NCBI GenBank assembly: GCA_051362555.1
Contig: CM120647.1
Location: forward strand, 1,922,001-1,986,000
From: Lingula anatina
Lineage: Eukaryota; Animalia; Brachiopoda
Direction: 5' to 3'
Length of the DNA: 64,000 nt
Below the pieces are notes generated by a model, which ran no database searches, was not told where the DNA came from, and was given only the letters and a program-made list of their open reading frames with translations. Made by a program: the position numbers and the translations under genes. Shown here piece by piece: positions 52,027-64,000 of this stretch (the first letter of the stretch is position 1; every line of letters begins with the position of its first letter).

Positions 52027-52863
52027 AGACGTGGCTTTGGCAGCTTCAAGTTCCGTGGACATGGGACAAGAAAAGGTTCAGAAGATTTTTAACCTTAAAA
52101 AGCTCTTTAAAAATGTATATTTCACGGCACAGTTACATGTGTTCTGGTGGTTTTCAGTCCATCCTCGCATTTCTCTCTTTTTCAGGGTTGTTGCAGTACA
52201 GAGAAATTTCGTTTTTATAAATCTAGAAGGCAAACTGTCGGTTACGATCGTTGGTTAACAGCCTTTTGGCAATCTGAAAACAACAAATAACACATCATGT
52301 AAACTAGTAATTTTGTGAAGATGACACCTCTTAAAATTCACATTTTCCTTTTCTTTATGATTCACTCGTGATTGGCCAAAGGACGATGTGTACGACGTAA
52401 AATTCCAAAGCAGATGCAGTGATCACGGCGTAATATCTTAAAGAAATCAAATACCGGACAACGTAATATAATGAAAAATGAGGCCACTGACATCTCTTCA
52501 TATTATTATTATTATTTTTTGTTTTTTTTTTTTTTTTTTTTTGAAATTTAAAAGCCCATTTGTTCATGGTTGGCGTATGTTATTACGGATGAGATAGATC
52601 TGATATATAAGCAAAGAATAGATTAATTTCATTTATTTTTAAAAACACCAAGTAAACACATTTACTGGAAACTTGATGTCAAGGTCCGTAGTTACAGTCC
52701 GTTGTTAAGTACATGTATTAATCAAAGAGTTTTTTAGAGAAACACCACAGCACGTTTTTCAGTGGATGCTGGGGCTTGGTTGTGTGTCATTCAGTGTGAC
52801 TTTCATTCACCAGAATTTATTTTAACTTTTCTTTCTGTTGCTTAATTGACTTTTTTATTTATT

Positions 52864-52898
<35 letters not shown>

Positions 52899-54099
52899 CA
52901 GTCTTGATTCCTGTTTTTGGAGTCTTTTCTTCTTTTTCATCTCTCGTTACTTTGCACCTCTTGTTCTACTGTTTTCAGGATTGTTGGGTTTCTGCTTCTC
53001 CTTAACTCTCTGTCAGTATGCACTAATTTCTTTTCTTTACTTTAGTCTTTCTTGCTGGGTCAGCCTAGGATGATTCTTCATTTTTTTAAACTTCTATGTT
53101 ACGTGCATTCAACGTTTCAACGTATAACGTCTTCCTTACGTGCTTCAGCAAGATTATCTTTACGGATATTAGCTCTTTGACGTCTTTTTTTTTCGAATTA
53201 TTTTTTGCTGAAAGTTAAATTTTCAGGATCCCTTTTTCTTTTCCTATTTGGCTTTTTGTTTATTGTCATCCATATTTGATACTTCATTCACTGAGAGTAT
53301 AATAAATGTACTTTTAATTATGCATGTATTGAAGTGTTCGTACCGTGTTCGTACCAAAATATATCATATACATTAATCCATAGAATATGAATCCATATAT
53401 ATACAGTTAATTATTTTGCAATTAGTTATATTTGGCAATATATTCAAACCAATATTGTTCATTTTTAATGCAAAGAGTAGCACCTTTACTGATTTTATTT
53501 CTTTGCAAAATCTCTTGCCTGACTCTAATTAATCAGTATCACTTTATTGAATATATATTTTTATAAAATGTTTTTCTAAACATCACAAGACATGAATGCA
53601 TTTTATATAGTCTAAAACAATATTTTGTACCATATTTTGATGTTTTATCATCATTGATAAGTAGCCAGTTATCAAATGGTTAATGTATAACTTGGGGGTA
53701 CGGACACTACATTTGGCACCAAATGTTTTTCATTGCATTAACAAAAATAAGTAAAATGTGTATCAAAGCCCGTATCTGCAAAATGGTTAAAATATTTATT
53801 TTTCTCAGAACATATCTTTGGATGAACCTGCTAGAATAGGAGACAGATATTGTGGGAATTATATACCAATATCATATTCACCATAAATCACTGACATAAA
53901 GAGCTAGTGCATCATCTGTATGACCTTAATTGCAAATGACCCACCGTAACAGCTAAAATGGGTACTTTTTGAACACATAATTGGCTATATTTTTGTAAAT
54001 GGTAGTCCTATTATTATAATTCTTTTTTCATTTTGCTCCTGTGAACAGTGTCTTTAATATTAGTCTATCAGCAATCTCCAATTATAAATTGTTAATTTA

Positions 54100-57000
54100 T
54101 CAAACACTTGTAACATTCACCACATTTAATTGTTCACCCTGATTGTGAAACAGCCGATCAGGACAAGTGCTCTTAGCTGGTGCACTGCACGTTGGTCGAT
54201 ACTTGCACGTCCCTCCACAGAAAGCACAGCCAAATTTTGTATCCACACCACCAATACATGTGCCGCATGTACTCCCCATGACGTCACATTTGTACAGGGT
54301 GGCTGAAAAATATTGAAAATATTATCAAATAATCAATACATGTTCAACATGAATACATGTATGCGTATCCATAATGTGTGTAAGTGTTACAAATAGTAGT
54401 TCATATGCATGCAGTATGTTTCCATTTTAGGAGATCTCTTATTATTGAGGAGATTAGGGCGTTAGTCTGTTTTTTACAAAAATGGAATAATAATAATATT
54501 TTTTATTAGACGATCGGTTGAATGAAATAATTACTATATTTTGTGCGCTTATGAAGAAGGCATTTTATCCCATTATAAAAATGAGATCATTCCTTTTGTA
54601 ACTCGTGCGTAAAAATATGCGCCTCACAGGGAAAAAGACGGGAACGTGCACATATACAGCACATGTAAAAATAGCAATACACTTACCGCTCACTTGAGAG
54701 CCGATGGGTTGGTCTATCACATGGTTATTATTCCAGATTACTTTGATTTCATGCCTCTCCTGGCCTGTGATGGCTGTATACACATACTAAGATATGAGAA
54801 GAACAAGCAGCCAATTATAATTGTATTAATATACATCTAAATATATAAGGCATTCCTGAAGTTGCAAAACTTCTACATAGAATGCATAAGTTGGGGTTTG
54901 GATACGGTCACTTGCCTTACAAAATCAGTATTTTGAGGGCACAAATATTCAATCTGTTATTCTATCAGCTACTGTAAAATAGCGTGACATTTAAAAGATT
55001 ATATATCATATATACAGTACGTGTATATGTCTTACATCATATCTACTCACAGCGTGGCTCTGGCAGTGTATGGCACTATCATTCTGTCTGATAGCTGGGA
55101 CTGTGTTAGTGCCTATCTTACACTGATAATCACCTTGGCCAGCCTGGAATAACATTGGGGTTAGGTTGAGAATATCCAAAGCGATTGCAGAGTACAGCAA
55201 AATGTGGGGCTTCATTCATATATTCCTAATCAAATTTTGTTTTGAGTTCGAAGGTCTCATTTATGTCAGCCTTGTCATAGTCACTGACTTGGAACTGAAC
55301 TCTTGCTTTATGGTAAGAATGAAAAATTACAGTTTACCTTCCCATAATCCTCAGGTACAGTATGTATATCGCGAAAATGAATTAAAACATAAGTAGGAAG
55401 AGTGTATAACTACAAGTACAGACTGCTAACAACAACGGGTTTTATAACCACATTTACGTGAATCTTTACCTGTGGCACAGGTAGGTTCTTCCCACTCAGT
55501 GAGATCACCTTGGTGACCTCAGCAGGTAACAGGACGTCCTGTACACGTGGCAGAAGCTGGGGACACAGGGTGGGTCCTTTAATACCCACACTTACATGAC
55601 TCTGGAATGCCGGAAACAAGACAGTGCCATTTCTAATTAATAAAATATATTTCCGTTCTTGAACGCCGAAGTAAAAAAATTGTGCATAACTAAAAACTTT
55701 CATTCATTTCTCATTTCAGTGGTGTTTCGTATCTCACAAGCATCAGAAACGGATTTTTTTCTTTGTTCGTTGACATGTTTATATTAAGAGAACCATTACG
55801 AAACACATTTACTTAAAACAACATATGTCTGTATGAGTGACCAGTATTATCTGGCTTAATGTAAATTTTCAAGAAATAAGGTATACACGGAGAAATTAAC
55901 AAAGAATTGAACGTACATTCTTTCCGGGCATCACCCCTCCACTAGGACTACAAGAACTGCTGGCGTGGGTGCACGTGTTAGCATATATACACCAGTCACA
56001 GGCCCAACTACTGCTGGTACAGGACACACACCTACAGTAATAATACATACATACACGTGTTAGCATATATACACCAGTCACAGGCCCAACTACTGCTGGT
56101 ACAGGACACACACCTACAGTAATAATACATACATACACGTGTTAGCATATACATCAGTCACAGGCCCAACTACTGCTGGTACATGACACACACCTACAGA
56201 AATAATACATACATACACGTGTTAGCATATATACACCAGTCACAGGCCCAACTACTGCTGGTACAGGACACACACCTACAGTTATAATACATACATACAC
56301 GTGTTAGCATATATACACCAGTCACAGACCCAACTACTGCTGGTACAGGACACACACCTACAGTTATAATACATACATACACGTGTTAGCATGTATACAC
56401 CAGTCACAGACCCAACTACTGCTGGTACATGACACACACCTACAGTAATAATACATACATACAAGTGTTAGCATGTATACACCAGTCACAGACCCAACTA
56501 CTGCTGGTACATGACACACACCTACAGTTATAATACATACATACACGTGTTAGCATATATACACCAGTCACAGACCCAACTACTAGTACTGCTGGTACAG
56601 GACACACACCTACAGTTATAATACATACATACACGTGTTAGCATATATACACCAGTCACAGGCCCATCTACTGCTGGTACAGGACACACACCTACAGAAA
56701 TAATACAAACATACACGTGTTAGCATATATACACCAGTCACAGACCCAACTACTGCTGGTAGATGACACATATCTAACAATAAGAACTACAGGATTAGCC
56801 ACATATACTCATCGTATGTAATAATGAGTTAATGTGACACTCCTTTTCACAATACACATTGCTTCGATTACACAAGACAGCAAGTAACATCTAAGCAATG
56901 AAATTACATTTTTTAAATTTATTTCGTCAACTTAAGGACTTCTCAGTCATTGCAATAGGATAGAGAGATAATGTATAACAATACAATACCCTGAGTGTGC

Positions 57001-60000
57001 GCCGCAGTCGAAATATATGAAGTTTGTCTTTAGAAACTCGACTCCTGTCGTTAATGATTTGATAGATAATGGTATTGTGATGTGATCTGAAACAATAATC
57101 ATACTTCTTTTGGCATGCGGTTTAATATACATGATTTAATAGACATGGATTCTAAAAGAACAAACGTGATCCATTGTTGCAGCAATAGGCAAAGCCCTGT
57201 ATCGAAAAAATAATTGAATTTCTGTTAGGATTATTGTTGCTATTATGCCCCTTTTTTACAACTTTTGGGCGGTACATTTATAACATAACAATTATTCTAA
57301 GAAAGGCACAAGGGACATTAAATATTATTTTCTAAAATACACGTTCAAAAGTTGAATGAAAATTAAAATGTAAAAGCTGTACAGAAGTGAGCGTGTTTTT
57401 GGATATACACTTAATGTTACAGGTATATATCGGTGAGCATTGCCAATAGTCGGATTATGTATTTATGGGTAAGTGTGAGGTAGATTTTTTTTAGATGGTC
57501 ACCCTGTACAAGAAAGATAACACCCCTTACCGTCCCCAGTTGGTATAATAGGTAAGCTGGTGGGTGTGTCACATGTCACCAAGTTTCCTCCAGTGACTGT
57601 GGCACTGACAGCTGTGGTATCAAATAGACACTGGTAGGGCTGGTCGGGGGGTAGGAGGCTTACAGATAGGTTCACCTACAAACATGAATGAAATAGTAAT
57701 GCTTTGCTAAGATGATTACTTATATCATAACTTATAAATACGTATATCAAACTGATGAACATACTCGCATTTCATACATCCACATCTCGATGTGGATGTA
57801 TTACGATGCACGGTGGTCACTTGACCGGTTATTGCACTGCTTGCTTGAGGTTTTTCAGTCAATTGGTACTTTTACAACAAGTTGATACGCAGACTTACAG
57901 ATAGGCGGATCAAATATGGCCAACCCACTTAAAGGTGGTGCCACCATAATCCCTCAATGGACTTCCCGCCTCCCAAATGCGATATCCATGCAGGGGCCAG
58001 CAATTGAACCTTGGGGCCGAGATTTAATCCATTCATTTTCTAGTATAGGCCCCTACAGGCCCGACGCGTGTGGTGGGCGTGGAGACCATTAGAGAATTAT
58101 ACTGAATCGTTTTCAAGCGGGGTAAGCCATATTTGATCCCCAGTCCAGTTAGTCTGCAGATCATGTGTTCTGATTTGAGCTAAGGGGTCTACGTCATTCA
58201 CCTCCCTGCGCGTGAGCATAGATGTATGGTAAAACAGTGAAGTTCATTGGCACAAGCTGTTCTATTCTGGACTCCATACAAGCGAGTCTACCAAACGATA
58301 TGAAGATATTTTGTAACATTGTCAAATAAAACAAAAGTTGGTTATGAAATGATGCCACGTGTATATCAATTCTTTGTACCTGTGTAGGTCTGGCTAGAGG
58401 TGTGTTTGATGGTGAAATGGTATTGATCTTGATACACTGTCCGTTGTCAAACGGAAGCCATCTTCCTGAGCCATCTGCATCCGAGCATTGACTTTTTCTG
58501 CTGCATCTAAATAAATAAACACATGAAGTAGATGCAGAAGGTTCATTGCATTAAAAGATTACCTTTCATTCAACCTACAATAACATAGGATCATGTTGGA
58601 TGACAAAAAATGGATTCAAGAAAGAGGATTCGCGTGAGGTAAGCATGAGTTACCGGTAGTTTTTCAGTCACACATTCAACGTTAGCTATATATCGGTCTG
58701 TGTCGGTTCATGTAAGACACTAACCGCGTGGAAAAAATATAAGAACATTTCGCCAGACATACTTTAAATCATAAATTCAAATTTGAAATGAAATCGCAGC
58801 AAGTAACGTCTGAACAATAAATTCCAATACGAACACGTTGCATTTTAATTGATTCTCAAACTTCTACAAAAACAGCGGGTTTTAGCCATCAGGTATGCAA
58901 AGCAAATCGTTCAAATCCTTACACACAATATTCTATTCTTAGACTGCGTTCTCATTACCTTTCAGTACTAGCAGGATCGCTCTATCTCAGCGGGGATTCT
59001 ACGAGTAGCTAAGGTGCTGTCAGTGCATGTATTCAGCTTAATTGTCCGGCACGCTCCTTGCAAAGCATATAAGCCGTTTAAGCTGAATGCAATTTAGCGC
59101 CAATTGTAAACAAGATTTTAAAACGTAGTAAGTAGTTATTACATAATACATTTTAATATGAACACATTGAATGTTTAATTGGTTCTCGAACTATTACAAA
59201 AACAGCGGGTTTTAGCCATCAAGTATGCAAAGCAAATCGTTCAAATGCAAACACACAATATTCTTACTTGTTCTCCAGACTACACCACCCACAGAACGGA
59301 TCTCTGGATGCCAGACAATTATTACAATATTCTTACTTGTTCTCCAGATTACACCACCCACAGAACGGATCTCTTGATGCCAGACAATTATTACAATATT
59401 CTTACTTGTTCTCCAGATTACACCACCCACAGAACGGATCTTTGGATGCCAGACAATTATTACAATATTCTTACTTGTTCTCCAGATTACACCACCCACA
59501 GAACGGATCTCTTGATGCCAGACAATTATCACAATATTCTTACTTGTTCTCCAGATTACACCACCCACAGAACGGATCTCAGGATGCCAGACAATTATTA
59601 CAATATTCTTACTTGTTCTCCAGATTACACCACCCACAGAACGGATCTCTGGATGCCAGACAATTATTACAATATTCTTACTTGTTCTCCAGATTACACC
59701 ACCCACAAAACGGATCTCTGGATGCCAGACAATCATCACAACTACTGTAACTACCGCAGTCTTCTACCTTCAGTTTACTGACCTGGGAAAAGTAAGATAT
59801 ATGCTTACATATTTGGCTCGTTTTATAATCTAACTTGAAAGTCCTGCTCCCATTACATATAATTCTTGAGCAAAAAAACATGTTACATGTTTATGGATAT
59901 CCCATATACATGAACCATTTGGGCCACGTCCATGTCCAGATCATCGTTGGCGACTTTTAATTAAAATCGCATAATTAAACAAATAAAAGTACAAATCGTA

Positions 60001-62080
60001 TATACCGATTATGACTTTTTTTCAATTTATAAAAAGAGCCAATTTAAGCTTTTAAAAATGTACTTAGGTTCATTTCCACACATAACTACACAATCGTATG
60101 CAGGCTATTTTTTCTAGCCCCTTAAGTGCCAGCTCTGTAGCACTCACCTTGTATTTGGTCATAACATACATGTGCTCGCCTGTGCTATCTAACTGTATAT
60201 CTTTAACCTCATCTTTTGACACTTGTACTGATGCATATTCTACCGCAGATGCATTAGACTGGATTAATATCTGAAGACATTAACGGTTAGAAAGTTCACA
60301 AAAGGTTTGTTGGGGCATATTTAAAACGGATGTTTTAAAAAACAAATTTGAACAAAATGTGCCAAAAAATGCTTTAGCTAGAATACATTAAAATCATTTC
60401 CCTATTAAATATACGGTTTTTGATGCCCAAACAAAAACGAGTACTTTGTCAACTTAATACAAAGCTCTTATTTATAATCAAGTTCGCTTTCAGATTAAAA
60501 AAATTAGTAGGTAGGTTTTATCGTACGTTATTAAATCCTGGAAGATAATTTCCATAATTAAACAAACGAAAAATTCGGCCGTGTACTGTTCGCGTATCAT
60601 TACAAGAAAAGCTACAGCTCAGTTGTGCGGTACCTTCTTTAGTTGCCCGTCAGTAGTTCCTACAAAAGCCACAGTGTAGCTGGTGGTGGTTGTGGTGGCT
60701 ACTACTGTCCATGTGGGCCACGTGGCCGTCAGAGCAGGGGTTGTTGTTGCCGGGGTGGTTGACACCAGGGGAGTGTTTACACCGTAAAAGTCATGGCTAC
60801 AGTAGTTTGATCCGTAGTTATATGACTGGGGATGCAAAAGTAGTACCCAGTAAATGTAAAATGCATTACAAATGGCAGAAATATTCTTGTTTATCGAGAT
60901 CCCCCTAAAACAGAATCCACGCACAAATGAAATTTACGGCATTATTTAAAATTAAGAGCACAGCTGTGGTTGAAACAAATAAAAGTAAACTTACGGGTAA
61001 AGAAGCACATGTTCGCGAACCTCCCTGGAAATGTGCAGCCTCAGTATTTCCACTCCCAGAGTAGCACTGTTCGTATTTCTCTTTAATAATGTTGTTTATA
61101 TTCTCCATTGAAAATACACACAAATCTGAACTAGATCCTCTGACAAAAGTTCCCACTAGTACACTATCATTTCCCAGTTTTGTTACCGATACTGATTTTG
61201 CAAGATTGAACGACACGCTCGGATTGGCCCCTGCGCAACGCAAGGGCATTTCGAAGTATGAATAATAGTTTGCATCACTCTGGCAGATTCGAACTAATCT
61301 GGATTCATATTCTGTACTGGTTAGTGTTGTCTTTTGGTTAGTGATGAAATAACTATAACCATCCGAAGAGAACCCAGAAACGTAAATCACTGGATACGTG
61401 CTTCGAACAGTGTCAGAGAGGGTTATGTACGTTCCTGTACCGGACAGTGCGCTGTAGTATGTTAATTCCAGTGTCTGTAGAGATCTTGTACTAACAGCTG
61501 CCACCTGTTCCCGAAGCCTACCACTCTCCCCCTGTCCCGTGTACGTAGACGCCACATATAACACGTCCTGGGAGTTGGGTCCCGGTGCTATAAAAGCCAC
61601 AGTGGAAGCATCGGGAGAATTGGCGGCGACATAATTTTCCAAAAAGTAACCGCCACGATGCGGAGTAACCTGTGATATATCAGTGACTGGTCGAGACTCA
61701 CAAGTACCTTGGTACACGCTACCACAAGATATCAGTTTACCCCCAGACTGGTCTACTACCAAAATTTTGTTGTAGTTGTCTGTGAGTGTTCCGTGTGAGC
61801 AGGCAGAAGGAGGTGGACTACAGTAAGGACTATCCGTGACTGGTCCAGTGGTTGCGTTCTGTAACAGTTGTAAGTCACCATCTAGTCGGTACAGAGTATT
61901 AACAGCTCCAACGTATACAGTCCCAGTCACGTTGTCAATCGCCATGTTGTTAAACTCCACCGTTGTCTGCCCACTTGGATAAGAACTGACAATTGTAGAG
62001 GTGGATGCTTTACCGGCCAGATTGAATACTAGAGCGGAGAGGAATAGCAACGCCACAAACTTACCTCCCGTTCGCTGCAT
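54100..62080 (-). CDS. Plexin copy 4: predicted secreted truncated ectodomain (about 837 aa)
   Basis: Exons 62080-60995, 60825-60634, 60270-60148, 59782-59682, 58506-58380, 57675-57531, 57086-56990, 56031-55917, 55601-55470, 55143-55051, 54786-54687, 54302-54100; sum 2514 nt; same novel C-terminus and stop as copy 2. Confidence 0.8.
55973..56775 (-). repeat. Minisatellite, about 10 x 82 bp, made of splice acceptor + 5' half of PSI2 exon
   Basis: Unit actgtag-gtgtgtgtcctgtaccagcagtagttggg(c/t)ctgtgactggtgtatatatgctaacacgt-gtatgtatgtattatt; 2 units in copy 1 (8317-8460), 1 in copy 2. Confidence 0.95.
59255..59733 (-). repeat. Minisatellite, 7 x 69 bp, made of 3' half of PSI1 exon + splice donor
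   Basis: Unit attgtctggcatccagagatccgttctgtgggtggtgtaatctggagaacaa-gtaagaatattgtaata; 2 units in copy 2 (30653-30785), 1 in copies 1 and 3. Confidence 0.95.
60995..62080 (-). CDS. Plexin copy 4 Sema exon
   Basis: 362 open codons with the same Sema motifs. Confidence 0.92.
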
Positions 62081-62134
62081 TTTTATAATTAGCACTGAAA
62101 TTGGAAACGATTTTTAGTGTATAGACATATCGTG

Positions 62135-62205
<71 letters not shown>

Positions 62206-63181
62206 TACCTACAAGTACTATGACAGGGACACAGAGGGTGATGTAATGCCTCCTTCGTACAATGTACAGTACAATGTATGCAGGTATGTCTTTATGAAGT
62301 TGGATATAACGTTTTTGTAAAAGCCTTTATTTTCTGGTGCCAAGGACGTTTTACTGTCCTCATAAGCAGTAGAAGCCAGACGCAAGCTTTCAGGACTATT
62401 ATATGGGGGAAATGGAGTGGCATTTGGCGTCATTTTTAAGTAACCAAGCATTTTAAAGATAATTAACAAGTATCTTTTTTGTTCGGTCATGACACAATAT
62501 TCTACAAACATATATCTTGAAACTTACCTGAGGGTCTTGAAGGCTACCAGTACATTTATATAGGGATCTTATTCCGCTACAAGCAATATATCTCCGTCTG
62601 CTATCACCAAAGTGTCAAAGATCACTTCCTGGTTGTTGGACTTGACTACGTTGTAACTTGCAGTTGCTATTTTCAGTATCTACTATACAACGTGCGGTAT
62701 CAAGTAGGTCATACGTGTATAAAGAGAGTGTGATCTGTGTGCGTACTTAACCCTAGGATCCAAAATGATCCTAGCTTAACCTTAAGACACGATAAGATAT
62801 GATTGTTCGGCATCCCATAAACACTGATACGACTGTAATTTTAGACTATTTTTGTGGTATTATTGATAAGATTTTGGCCAGATATGTCTATTTTACGAAC
62901 TTTTTCATTTGAACTATTTTTCTTGGTTTTTAATACTGACATCTTTAAAACATGTAACCACGATGGTTAATTGACCTTAGGCTTACTTCCGCCCCGTTCT
63001 GATGAAATCAGTTCTATCACTATGAGAAACTTCGTCCTTACTGTTGTGATTTTTAATTTTATTTGAAAATAGGCATTATCACTTTTTCATTCTCGTTACG
63101 TGGTAGTATTATCTCATACACTGGTACATACACTGATATGACGATGTTCATTTTGCACTGTTTAACAGAAAAACATCCTTA

Positions 63182-63183
<2 letters not shown>

Positions 63184-63238
<55 letters not shown>
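63184..63238. repeat. Poly-C tract upstream of copy 4
   Basis: About 55 C; shorter tracts at paralogous positions about 19259, 34782, 49348. Confidence 0.9.
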
Positions 63239-63240
<2 letters not shown>

Positions 63241-64000
63241 CGTACACACTTAAAAAACCAAAAACCAGTCTAGATCTCACAACTTTCGCAGCGGGGTAAT
63301 GATCAGCGAGACCAGGCATGAACAACATTGTTTATTGTCGCTTTCTGCTTAACAATTTTAATTCATTCACTTATTTTGACATTGGTGAATAAAGTACACA
63401 CACTGGACAATAGAATTATGTGTCACCCCCTGAATCAGAGTAATCAAAGTTATTAACCTGAAGAGGTGGAATATAAGCAATGTCAGAATATCGATACAGT
63501 AGAATTGTTTATTCAGAATAATCAGGACAGTTTCTTTTGTGAAATTTGATGTTAATAAAATGATACCAGGAGCATATCATTCCATAGTCATTTATCTCCC
63601 CCAAAGTTTTGGTTCATTAGGGGTGGCACTTCTCTAGTCCAGTGTGTACATGTAGTGTAAAATATGCATGAACGCTCACGCCTGGTTCACAAAACCCAGT
63701 GAATGCATGGACCAATAGGCAACCCGGTTACGGTGGACACCAACGCAGTAAGACGATCATGTCTCCCCCCCCCCCCCCAATGCCCTACCCCCCTTTCCAA
63801 CTCCACCTATAGAGGGCACAAAAGACACGTGTCCCTCCCTTACCGTCGGAGATACTCTTTTTTCATCCCAAAAAAATCTTTTTATTATTCTGTTAATCTT
63901 TCATTATACATTATACATATATTCTTCCTCTCATTACCAGGTTAAAAAAGGCCATCCCAAATAAAACCAGGTCAACTGGAGTGGGACGTGCCTGGAGATG

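Noticed and set aside
52846-53073. Hydrophobic Phe-rich ORF as a possible TM exon for the truncated plexins
   Set aside because: Wrong strand and produced by poly-T low complexity
55973-56775. CRISPR-like regular repeat array
   Set aside because: Head-to-tail minisatellite with no unique spacers, derived from a host exon; eukaryotic context, no cas genes
59179-59781. 200-aa plus-strand repeat ORF (TCSPDYTTHRTDLWMPDNYYNIL)n and overlapping 175/160-aa ORFs
   Set aside because: By-product of a 69-bp (multiple of 3) repeat; antisense or off-frame to a plexin exon, no independent gene signals

Overview
Eukaryotic (invertebrate metazoan-like, AT-rich, intron-containing) DNA holding a minus-strand tandem array of four plexin-family genes, repeating about every 14.2 kb. 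Copy 1 (ATG 18274, runs off the window start) continues into further IPT exons and looks like the full-length receptor. Copies 2-4 (ATG 33781, 48311, 62080) all break inside the third PSI exon at the same point and read 19 codons into unrelated, transposon-like DNA before TGA-TAA. Copies 2 and 4 therefore predict intact secreted Sema-PSI-IPT-PSI-IPT-PSI ectodomains (about 845 and 837 aa) with no TM or GAP domain; copy 3 has lost one exon. The paralogs are patchwork mosaics of one another with variation concentrated in Sema loops, and two PSI exons have expanded into splice-site-bearing minisatellites. Each intergenic spacer carries an intact tRNA-Asn(GTT) plus a degenerate partial copy. Introns and spacers hold a DIRS tyrosine-recombinase retrotransposon (with an internal inversion), two decayed Tc1 elements, Harbinger- and Kolobok-like elements, several MITEs and one TIR element carrying a captured plexin exon. 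All exon boundaries were read by eye from GT-AG sites and phase consistency; no database searches were run.
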